The position numbers and the translations under genes are program-made. Below are positions 1 through 7,787 of a stretch of 25,112 bases of DNA, piece by piece (positions within the stretch are counted from its first letter, which is position 1; every line of letters starts with the position of its first letter). Origin of the DNA: an uncultured archaeon (GTDB taxonomy: Archaea; Asgardarchaeota; Lokiarchaeia; Sigyniarchaeales; SOKP01); contig CAYLZE010000069.1 in the NCBI GenBank assembly GCA_964388035.1, positions 1 through 25,112 of the forward strand, written 5' to 3'. The notes under the pieces were generated by a model. It saw only the letters and a list, made by a program, of their open reading frames with translations. It had not been told where the DNA came from and made no database searches.

Positions 1-252
1 ATCTATAGAATGGAAAAGCATAATTCGGTTAAAAAAAGATTTAAATATTAATAATAAATTGGATTTTCAATATTTAAAAGGAAAATTAAATTTTCTAAGA
101 CATAAAAAAAACATAGAAAGGAAGATAATTAATAATCGAGCTTACTGGAGAAAAGCATCAATTTAATTAGATATTCTTCCAATTCGATATGTTTAATCTT
201 ATAGCAAGTCTATATATGCTTCCCAAATATTTTATAAATATTGTTAAACAAA

Positions 253-798
253 CTAGGATTTATAAAAATCCTTTTTTAGATTATTGTTAAGTACCGCATA
301 TTCTTCCATTAGTTCATTAACCCAGTCAGCTATTTTCACATTTGGGGGGGAATCGTAATAGGGTAAATGCGGTTTTATGTCGATAACGGGAGTGTCATTG
401 ATGGCGTCGATGCCATCGACCACGAGAACATTTTCCCTTCTTTCAATCAACCGTACTGTAGTGATTCCAATCGGATTGGGTCTTGCCGGCGACCGGGTGG
501 CGAAGATTCCTTTAAGCGACATGTTTTTAAGTCCACCGGGATGAACTTTTCTTATCTCCCGGGGCTTATCGGAATTCTTGTGTATCCAAAAAACAATAAT
601 TAGATGAGAGAATTCTTCGATCCCATCTAAGGCTTCAACAAAATCTTCATATACAATAATTTCCGAAAGGATCAAGTCGCTTTCTTGATTTGCGGCTCTC
701 TTAATATCAAATTTAATATTTTGGTTTGCATATTTCAGGGCTTCTTTATTTTTGGTGTTTTTCACGATACCAATCGGTACAATATTCATGCTTGTCAT
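253..798 (-). CDS. trmO: TrmO/TsaA (YaeB) family SAM-binding protein; tRNA m6t6A37 methyltransferase-like
   Basis: Family motifs IVPIGIV, ALDGIEEFSHLIIVFWIH, GIFATRSPARPNPIGITTV and VDGIDAINDTPVIDIKP are all present. The fold is secure; tRNA as the substrate is not shown. Confidence 0.88.
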   Translation of the reverse strand: MTSMNIVPIGIVKNTKNKEALKYANQNIKFDIKRAANQESDLILSEIIVYEDFVEALDGIEEFSHLIIVFWIHKNSDKPREIRKVHPGGLKNMSLKGIFATRSPARPNPIGITTVRLIERRENVLVVDGIDAINDTPVIDIKPHLPYYDSPPNVKIADWVNELMEEYAVLNNNLKKDFYKS

Positions 799-923
799 GA
801 TCTTAATTTTAAAACCTTTATTCTTACAATTTTTTTGATAACCACTCTTGAAAAACGTGGTATTTTAATGGTATTTTAAGGAAGTCTATTTTCTAATTTA
901 TTTAAGATACAAGGGAATTAATG

Positions 924-949
924 AAAAAAAAAAAAATTTTTAAAAAAAA
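924..949 (-). terminator. Putative archaeal oligo-T terminator downstream of the binding-protein gene
   Basis: A13 (924-936) and A8 (942-949) on the plus strand read as T-tracts on the minus strand, 50-75 bp after the stop at 1000. Confidence 0.4.
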
Positions 950-999
950 TTAAGTATAAAATAATGGCGAGGTCATTTTTCATTTAGCATTTGTTTTTT

Positions 1000-1971
1000 T
1001 CAGTTTTTTCTTAGTTGCTTACGTGCAATGATAAAAACGGATAATCCAATGATGGAAATCAAAGGTAGAAAGGCGTTTATTCCGATAACATCGAGAGCTG
1101 GGGTGGTTGGATTTTTTGCCGCTTGCATGTTTTTCGCGAGTAAATCAATGTAGCTTTTACTATCGAGATCTCCGACAAAATTTCCAAAAATTGCATATTT
1201 TGCCCCTATATCATTGGCGATTTCCTTGCCGGCATTCGTTCCTGAGGGAAGATTCATGACTACGATGGAGCATCCCATTGCTTTTCCCTCTGATACGATC
1301 GATTCGAGACTTTGGGCGCCTATCGATTCGTCGGGTCCAAAAGTAACAGCGACTTTTAATCCCAGCCAGGTGGCAAACATGGCTTGAAATTCCATTACTA
1401 CCGCGTTTGCACCGTAATAGGGGGATTGGGCAAACTCTTGTTTAATCTGAGCAGAGTATTCATTAATCTGAGCCATGTAGGTATTGAGATTTGCGCTAAA
1501 TGTCAATTCTTTTGATGGGTAAATTTTAATGAGTTGTTGGGCGATCCATCTTAGATATTTTATGGCTTCTTGGGGGGGCAACCAGGGATCGCTGGTAAAG
1601 TCTGAAATCCTTACTAATCGAGCCGAGGGATTATTCTCTTTTACAAGGGTCGTGAACCAATCTCCTTCGAATCCGTGATAGAAAATGACATCCGCATTCG
1701 CGACGAGAGCTGCATCCTCGGGCTGGACGTCATAATGACCGGGACACGTGCCCGCGTCAATGATGGGTTCCAAGTGCTGACCGATAAGGGTTCCTACAAA
1801 ATCCGCTAAAATTCCCGAAGTGGCTGCAACTCTTACCTCCGAATCGCTGGTAAGTAGTTGTTGATTATCATTGCTGAGTGTACTGCAAGTACATTGACCG
1901 ATAGCTACTTGAGAGACGCCCGTGACTATTAAAATGCTAAATAACATCAAAAATGCATGTTTCCGATTCAT
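1000..1971 (-). CDS. Metal ABC transporter substrate-binding protein (ZnuA/TroA cluster A-I fold, atypical ligands)
   Basis: N-terminal signal peptide; VAATSGILADFV...CPGHYDVQPEDAALVANADVIFYHGFE; PWLPP helix; YIDLLAKNM near the end; C-terminal hydrophobic anchor with basic tail (ARKQLRKN). Lies divergent from an ABC ATPase and permease. Confidence 0.85.
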   Translation of the reverse strand: MNRKHAFLMLFSILIVTGVSQVAIGQCTCSTLSNDNQQLLTSDSEVRVAATSGILADFVGTLIGQHLEPIIDAGTCPGHYDVQPEDAALVANADVIFYHGFEGDWFTTLVKENNPSARLVRISDFTSDPWLPPQEAIKYLRWIAQQLIKIYPSKELTFSANLNTYMAQINEYSAQIKQEFAQSPYYGANAVVMEFQAMFATWLGLKVAVTFGPDESIGAQSLESIVSEGKAMGCSIVVMNLPSGTNAGKEIANDIGAKYAIFGNFVGDLDSKSYIDLLAKNMQAAKNPTTPALDVIGINAFLPLISIIGLSVFIIARKQLRKN

Positions 1972-1991
1972 TTTAACTCTAATCTTATTTC

Positions 1992-2019
1992 GTAATACTT
2001 TTTTATAAATTAGTATGAT
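1992..2019. promoter_or_regulatory. Operator-like box 1, GTAATAC-N14-GTATGAT (NikR-like geometry), enclosing a TTTATAAA TATA-like element
   Basis: Imperfect 28-bp inverted repeat. Its first 18 bp (GTAATACTTTTTTATAAA) recur exactly at 2047-2064. Confidence 0.6.
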
Positions 2020-2046
2020 TCATTAAAGATCCCATATTATTTAAAA

Positions 2047-2074
2047 GTAATACTTTTTTATAAAAAAATATGAA
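2047..2074. promoter_or_regulatory. Operator-like box 2, GTAATAC-N14-ATATGAA, overlapping the start codon of the FmdE gene
   Basis: Same left half, same 14-bp spacing and the same TATGA core in the right half as box 1. Confidence 0.55.
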
Positions 2075-2510
2075 AGAAGATTTTAAGGAAAGTGAATTAG
2101 ACTTAGATGCTCTGAAAGAATTCCACGGCCATTTAGGACCATATCTCGTTGCTGGAGCGAGGATGGGGTTGATTGCAAATGAGGAATTATCAAAGAACAA
2201 GCTTGAAAAATATTGTGTTGTGCGATGTTCCCATACCCCAATGTCTTGTTTAATTGACGGAATACAATTCATATCGGGATGCACGTATGGTACAAGGCGT
2301 ATTGTGGCCACGAGTGAAGAGATTCCCGAGGCAATGTTCACGCATGGAGAAAAAGAACTACGAGTCCGCCTGAAAAAACCGTTTCAGTTCAAGGGGGAAA
2401 GTGTACATGCGTTAGAAGAGTACGTGGAAGAATTCATGAAATCTTCTTTTAATGAAGTTTTTGAAATTACCTCTAATTTTCCTTTAAGCAAGTATAAACA
2501 GGAGAGATAA
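2070..2510 (+). CDS. FmdE (formylmethanofuran dehydrogenase subunit E) family protein, core domain only
   Basis: EFHGHLGPYLVAGARMG and SCLIDGIQFISGCTYG motifs. No C-terminal treble-clef zinc finger. Confidence 0.85.
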   Translation: MKEDFKESELDLDALKEFHGHLGPYLVAGARMGLIANEELSKNKLEKYCVVRCSHTPMSCLIDGIQFISGCTYGTRRIVATSEEIPEAMFTHGEKELRVRLKKPFQFKGESVHALEEYVEEFMKSSFNEVFEITSNFPLSKYKQER

Positions 2511-2514
2511 AAAA

Positions 2515-3390
2515 TTGAAGGCACTCTCAATAGAAATGAATCATAAAGACAATAGGTTAGAAGAGTTTTCGAAGTATTATTCAAATTCCAACAATCTTAT
2601 CACCGCTTCAAAAGACGAGGTCATCATATCCTTGGATAAGGTGAACACGGTGTATGAAGGCGAGAGAATTCCGGCTTTACATGATGTCAATCTCAGGATT
2701 CATCGGGGAGAATACGTGTTAATCATCGGACCCAACGGTTCGGGAAAGACTACTTTATTAGAGACAATCTTGGGGCTTTTAAAAGTCAAGGTGGGTGATA
2801 TAGAAGTATTCGGGGCTCCATTAACCAGGGCTCGCAAGGATATCCGGCGCAAGATCGGATATGTAATCCAGAATTTTGAAATGGACCCGGCTCAACCATT
2901 TATAGTGAAGGATATTGTAATGATTGGAAGAGTGGCATATCGCGGGTCGGGGAAACCGCCGAATGAACAGGATTGGAAAGCTGTCAAGGAAAGCCTGCGG
3001 GTGGTAGGAATGGAAGAGTTGATGGATCGTCCCATCGGGCGCCTTTCGGGAGGCCAGCAGCAAAAAACTCTCATTGCGCAAGCGTTATGCAAGCATCCGG
3101 AGATCTTGTTAATGGATGAGCCCTTTGCAAACTTGGATCTGGATACTCAAGATGAGATGATAAAATTACTGAATTATCTAAAATCAATGGGGATTACTAT
3201 CTTGATGGTATCGCATGGAATCCAAATCCCGACCCGAGTGGATCGCATCATAATGATAGATCGGGGAAAGATCGTGATTGATAGTACCCTTGAAAAAGCC
3301 CATGAGAATCCTCTTTTTGAAAAATATATTGTGATGGAACAAGCTATGGAAAATTGGGAAAGAAAGCATGAAAAACAGAGCGTGAGATGA
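2515..3390 (+). CDS. Metal ABC transporter ATP-binding protein (ZnuC/TroB-like)
   Basis: Walker A GPNGSGKT, Q-loop IGYVIQ, signature LSGGQQQK, Walker B LLMDEP, H-loop VSH. Start is TTG at 2515 (GGAG upstream) or ATG at 2536. Confidence 0.93.
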   Translation: MKALSIEMNHKDNRLEEFSKYYSNSNNLITASKDEVIISLDKVNTVYEGERIPALHDVNLRIHRGEYVLIIGPNGSGKTTLLETILGLLKVKVGDIEVFGAPLTRARKDIRRKIGYVIQNFEMDPAQPFIVKDIVMIGRVAYRGSGKPPNEQDWKAVKESLRVVGMEELMDRPIGRLSGGQQQKTLIAQALCKHPEILLMDEPFANLDLDTQDEMIKLLNYLKSMGITILMVSHGIQIPTRVDRIIMIDRGKIVIDSTLEKAHENPLFEKYIVMEQAMENWERKHEKQSVR

Positions 3391-3393
3391 AAA

Positions 3394-4320
3394 ATGTTAT
3401 TCATGGTGGTATTACCGAGTTCAATCCTGATCAAGGTCGTCTTGGGTGCCATAATAGCTTCTATAGCACTTTCTCTGGTCGGCACGTTAGTGGTGCAACT
3501 CAAGATCACCAACATAGGATATTCCATGTCGCATGCGGCGTTTGCCGGAGCGTCTTTCGGAATTTGGCTGAATGCCTACTTGTTCCCCTCTTTAGATGAT
3601 GAAATCACGGCGCTCGTGTTCACGTTAATTACGGCGTTAATTTTGGGGCCACTTTCGAACAAGACGAAGCTAAGTTCGGAAGTCATTTTGGGCGCCATGT
3701 TTTCCTTATTAACGGCGTTAGGGTTCATCTTCTTATCGACGCTACCCTCGGGAGTCATTACCCAGCAAGCCGTTTCGGTATTATGGGGGAGTTTATTTGG
3801 ATTACGCTATATCGACTTTTTAAACTTAAGCTTGATCATCGTGGGGTTCATTATCATTCTAGTAATCTATTATCGGGAATTTTTAGCTATCGTATTTCAT
3901 GAAAAGATTGCAATGGCCGCCGGCATTCGAGTGGGATTGTTTAAATTTTTGGTTTTAGCGATTACTGCATTAATAGTCTCAATTTCCATGAAGATTGTCG
4001 GAGCTTTATTGGTATATGCGTTGATCATCATGCCCACTTCCACTGCTTATCAATTTCTCTATGATTTCAAGAGAATTCTTTACACGAGCCCGGTTTTCGG
4101 GGCAATTTCTGCAGTATTGGGATTATTTTTATCCTTAGCGACCAATTTTCCCATTTCCAGCGCAATGATTCTCGTTTCTTGCGTTATCTTTTTTATAGCT
4201 GTCGGGATATCTCCCAAGAGACGCATTAGATCAAAACAAGACCAAAATGTAATAAGCATCGAAAATAGTGAACCAGAGGGCATGGAATTAGCCCGAGTGA
4301 GGGAATATGGAAGAAATTGA
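3394..4320 (+). CDS. Metal ABC transporter permease (ABC-3/ZnuB-like)
   Basis: Multiple transmembrane helices with MSHAAFAG, VLWGSLF, FHEKIAMAAGI, KIVGALLVYALIIMP and PISSAMIL family motifs. Confidence 0.92.
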   Translation: MLFMVVLPSSILIKVVLGAIIASIALSLVGTLVVQLKITNIGYSMSHAAFAGASFGIWLNAYLFPSLDDEITALVFTLITALILGPLSNKTKLSSEVILGAMFSLLTALGFIFLSTLPSGVITQQAVSVLWGSLFGLRYIDFLNLSLIIVGFIIILVIYYREFLAIVFHEKIAMAAGIRVGLFKFLVLAITALIVSISMKIVGALLVYALIIMPTSTAYQFLYDFKRILYTSPVFGAISAVLGLFLSLATNFPISSAMILVSCVIFFIAVGISPKRRIRSKQDQNVISIENSEPEGMELARVREYGRN

Positions 4321-4357
4321 ATCAGAGGGCGTGGAACTTAGCCGAGTAAAGGAATAT
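4269..4357 (+). repeat. Degenerate 40-bp direct repeat (period 49 bp) spanning the permease/methyltransferase junction
   Basis: 4269-4308 TGAACCAGAGGGCATGGAATTAGCCCGAGTGAGGGAATAT versus 4318-4357 TGAATCAGAGGGCGTGGAACTTAGCCGAGTAAAGGAATAT; 32/40 identical without gaps. Confidence 0.85.
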
Positions 4358-4951
4358 TTTAATGAGCGAGCGGAAAATTGGGATGATGAAATATTCCATG
4401 ATCCCATGAAATTAGAAAAAATTAGCGCGGAATTGGAAATAAGTCCCGGGTATGACGTATTAGATGTTGGAACGGGAACCGGCGTCATGATCCCTTACTT
4501 ACATGACAAAGTCGGCACTTATGGGAAAATAGTAGCGGTGGATGTTTCTGATAAAATGATCGAAATTTCGCGCAAGAAATATCCGCAGAACTTGTATCCC
4601 AATGTAGAATTTCGTATTGAAGATATTCACGAATGTCAATTGGAAGAGAAGTTTGATAGAATTTTATGTTATTCTTGTTTTCCCCACTTCATGAAGCAAG
4701 GAGAACTTGTGAATAAATTAGCTGGCAAATTGAATGTTGGGGGAAAATTAATGATTGCTCATTCAGAATCCCGCGATGCCATCAATAATTTGCATGGTGC
4801 CATTGAAGGGGTTGTTTCAAAGCATAGATTACCGCCCATAAGTACCCTCTCAAAAATGATGAGAGATGCTGGGCTGGAGATCAGCACATATTTAGATAAT
4901 GAAGAGATGTTTTATATAATCGGAGCATTGCAGCAAGTAAAGCAGCAATAA
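4307..4951 (+). CDS. Class I SAM-dependent methyltransferase (small-molecule type), substrate unknown
   Basis: YFNERAENWD, motif I VLDVGTGTG, AVDVSDKMI, FDRILCYSCFPHF, LNVGGKLMIAH. Overlaps the permease end by 14 bp. Confidence 0.9.
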   Translation: MEEIESEGVELSRVKEYFNERAENWDDEIFHDPMKLEKISAELEISPGYDVLDVGTGTGVMIPYLHDKVGTYGKIVAVDVSDKMIEISRKKYPQNLYPNVEFRIEDIHECQLEEKFDRILCYSCFPHFMKQGELVNKLAGKLNVGGKLMIAHSESRDAINNLHGAIEGVVSKHRLPPISTLSKMMRDAGLEISTYLDNEEMFYIIGALQQVKQQ

Positions 4952-4953
4952 TC

Positions 4954-4963
4954 TTTTTTTTTT
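4954..4963 (+). terminator. Oligo-T (T10) terminator closing the FmdE-ABC-methyltransferase operon
   Basis: T10 run begins 3 bp after the stop codon. Confidence 0.5.
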
Positions 4964-5208
4964 AAAATTTGAAAAGCATTTGCCCTTAATTGAAAATCTC
5001 ATTCAGAAAAAATTGCAGAATAACTGCCAGAGCAAGCGCTATTTTATTTGTTTCCTTAATGTAGGTTAGTTTATTACATCTTTAATAATATGAATTGAAA
5101 AAAATTAATGGAATAACGCATTCATTAAATTCAGTGGACTAAAAATAGTATCTTATTTAATAAAAAAGCAACAAGTTTTTACTTGAAATAATAGAGCGAC
5201 CTGATAAA

Positions 5209-6042
5209 ATGGGAAATGAGAAAACGAATAAATTAGGGAATTTAGACCTTAACAAGATATATTGCATGGATTGCATAGAAGGGATGAGAGAATTACCGGA
5301 AAATAGTATTGATCTTGCCATCACCTCTCCCCCGTATGATGGTATAAGAGATTATGAAGGATATCATTTAGATTTGCACGAGTTAGGCGAGGGAGTATTT
5401 CGGGTTCTTAAAGAAGGAGGAATGGCCGTGATGGTAATTCAGGATCAGACTCAGGATTATGGAAAGACGTTAACTTCTTTTAAAACCATGATCGATTGGT
5501 GCGATAATATCGGGTTTAAACTTTTCGAATGCGTGATATACCGGAAGCATGGTTCTGAAGGGGCGTGGTGGAAATATCGGTTTAGGGTGGATCATGAATA
5601 CATGCCCATTTTCCTAAAAGGAGAAAAACCGATGTACTTCAATAAAGAACCTTTAAAGGTTCCTTCAAAACATGGTGGGGTAATGATGTCTGGGAGTGGA
5701 AACCGAAGAACGGATGGAGAAACCAATCCCACGGTGAGAAGGAAAATAAATAAAATGAAATGTCGAGGGACCATCTGGAATTATCTCATGGCGGGAGATA
5801 AGGATCCCATTAAAAGAAAACATCCTGCTCCGTTTCCCGATCAAATTCCCGTTGATTTTATTACTTGTTTTTGTCCGGAAGAGGGAATAGTGTTAGATCC
5901 TTTAATGGGCAGTGGGTCCACCGCAGTAGCCGCTAAAAGGTTAAATCGTTCTTACATCGGATTTGAAATTAGTGAAGAATATTGTGATATAGCAAAAAAG
6001 AGATTAGAAGAAACGATAAGACCGATTACCCGATTCCTTTAG
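5209..6042 (+). CDS. Site-specific DNA amino-methyltransferase, beta class (SPPY, probably N4-cytosine)
   Basis: Catalytic TSPPY precedes HPAPFP and the SAM-binding VLDPLMGSGSTAVAA...YIGFEI motif. Confidence 0.92.
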   Translation: MGNEKTNKLGNLDLNKIYCMDCIEGMRELPENSIDLAITSPPYDGIRDYEGYHLDLHELGEGVFRVLKEGGMAVMVIQDQTQDYGKTLTSFKTMIDWCDNIGFKLFECVIYRKHGSEGAWWKYRFRVDHEYMPIFLKGEKPMYFNKEPLKVPSKHGGVMMSGSGNRRTDGETNPTVRRKINKMKCRGTIWNYLMAGDKDPIKRKHPAPFPDQIPVDFITCFCPEEGIVLDPLMGSGSTAVAAKRLNRSYIGFEISEEYCDIAKKRLEETIRPITRFL

Positions 6043-6122
6043 GTAAGATTTTGTTTTGATTAAATCGCTTTAATTAAAAAAATAATAAAATTAGGAATAA
6101 GATATATATAAAAAAGAAAGAA

Positions 6123-7787
6123 TTATTCGGAAGCTTTGAAAGCTTCGAGCACGTTGGCTTGAATGATTTCTTTTGATTTTGTAGAGATTAGTTGCCGTCC
6201 CAGGAGCATTTCGATACCGTCGATGAATGCGTTTCGGACTTGCTTTATTTTGAGGAAATCTTTTTCTCCAATATCTTCTTCCATTTGTCGCTTGGGCTTG
6301 GTATCTTTTTCTAAAAAGGTTTGAAACATTTGTTTTAGGTGAGGAATGAATAATTCATTGTAGATTTTCACCGGGATTTCATTCTGACTCAATCCATCAT
6401 CGATGATTTTTTTCGGTAAAATTCTTGGTAAAAAAACAGGGGGCAATACCACGTAGCGAGTATTTCCTTTGGAATGGAGAAATTTAACCATCCAGATGGG
6501 CACTTCCAGTTTGATCGGTTTAGATAATGCCACGTTGGTAGCGATAAGATCCTTCAACTTGGTGAGAGAGTCATCCAATTGGGTATTGAAGGAAGCAGTT
6601 AATTGATACAAGTGATCCTTTCCCTTTTCCAAGTCGTCCATTACATCCTTTCGAGCTTGGACTTTACTTGCCTTCTCGCTTTCTAAGCTTGCTATTTTCG
6701 CTTCTTCTTCTTGAATTTGCTTGTCATGTTTGGAATTAACGATATTTTCTTCCTTGTCATATTTTTGTCCAATTTGAGTGAAGCGTTCGGCAATTTTCTT
6801 GATTTCCATGTTAATGTTGGTCAATTCATTGTCAAATTCTTTGATGCGGGTTTTAAATCTATCAATGCTCTCTTTTATTTCCGTCAGTAGTTTATCCGAT
6901 TCGCTAGTATTGAGCACGGTGTTCTTATCTTTTCCCCATAAATCGTTTAGAAGAGCTACCTTTCCTTCTATGGGTTTGAACGATTCCTTGATGAGGTTCA
7001 TGGTTTGGGTGATCTCCATGTTCCTTTCTTCCTTGAGATGATTAATTTCCTTTTCTCTTTCAGCATTGATAGTTTTCTTGCTTTCTTCGATAATGGGGGC
7101 GAGATCCTGGATTTTTTTATCATACTCTCCCTCCAACGTTTTAATTTCTTCCGTTATGGTAGAATTTTTCCTTGCAATGACCTGTTCAATCATCTGATTT
7201 TTCTTATCCATGCTATTTTTTAATTCGGTGATGGTGTTCGCATAATTATTAACTTTTTGGAATATTTCAGTAGCCAGAGATTCATCTAAAGTTGGGGTGA
7301 GAGAGATTCCCATGTACCCTTCTGGTTGGCTAAAATTGCATGATTCAATCAAGACTTTGGTGAATTCGGGAGGAAGGATTCCATTAACGTTTTCTTTATC
7401 GCCCAAATATTGATAACTTGATTGCAAATTCTGGAGGCCTTGAATTAGTGCATCATCTTCCAAGCTTTTTAATTCATTATTTATCTGATCATCGTTTATC
7501 GTTAAGTTCTTAAATATTTGATAAGGGGTTAACGCCATCCCATCGATCCCGAGCACGGTTTCTTCTTCACCCAAGGGAATCAAGTAAAATGGCCAGTATA
7601 TCTTTAACAGATATTGGTACTCTTCCTTGGATTTTTTCTTAATTTTTCCTTCTGGGTCGCGTTGTTCCTCGAAATAAGAAAGAACTGAGGACACTTCCAA
7701 TTCGGTCTTAACGGAGACTTGAGATTCCGATTCATTCCATAAGGTTTCATCTATTACCGATGGAGAGACTTTCTTTTCAAATTCCAT
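6123..7787 (-). CDS. Hypothetical protein with a long central coiled coil and globular N- and C-terminal segments
   Basis: 554-aa ORF, E/K/Q/N-rich helical region at about aa 170-415. No Walker motifs, transmembrane segment or signal peptide seen. Confidence 0.8.
   Translation of the reverse strand: MEFEKKVSPSVIDETLWNESESQVSVKTELEVSSVLSYFEEQRDPEGKIKKKSKEEYQYLLKIYWPFYLIPLGEEETVLGIDGMALTPYQIFKNLTINDDQINNELKSLEDDALIQGLQNLQSSYQYLGDKENVNGILPPEFTKVLIESCNFSQPEGYMGISLTPTLDESLATEIFQKVNNYANTITELKNSMDKKNQMIEQVIARKNSTITEEIKTLEGEYDKKIQDLAPIIEESKKTINAEREKEINHLKEERNMEITQTMNLIKESFKPIEGKVALLNDLWGKDKNTVLNTSESDKLLTEIKESIDRFKTRIKEFDNELTNINMEIKKIAERFTQIGQKYDKEENIVNSKHDKQIQEEEAKIASLESEKASKVQARKDVMDDLEKGKDHLYQLTASFNTQLDDSLTKLKDLIATNVALSKPIKLEVPIWMVKFLHSKGNTRYVVLPPVFLPRILPKKIIDDGLSQNEIPVKIYNELFIPHLKQMFQTFLEKDTKPKRQMEEDIGEKDFLKIKQVRNAFIDGIEMLLGRQLISTKSKEIIQANVLEAFKASE

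Noticed and set aside
1-252. Possible gene end or small ORF at the window start
   Set aside because: Very AT-rich, with only short open frames and no recognisable motifs.
2070-2510. FmdE as evidence for a formylmethanofuran dehydrogenase operon or methanogenesis
   Set aside because: No fmd/fwd A-D genes are in the window, and FmdE-family genes commonly occur apart from them.
3388-3390. TGA between ATPase and permease as a selenocysteine codon
   Set aside because: It lies in a non-conserved linker rather than at a Cys-equivalent position, and no convincing SECIS was found. The hairpins at 12775 and 14737 lack a clean GA quartet.
6123-7787. SMC/Rad50, Wadjet or Lamassu-type defence ATPase between the two methyltransferases
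   Set aside because: No Walker A/B or signature motif, no hinge or CxxC hook, and no partner genes; opposite orientation to the methyltransferases.
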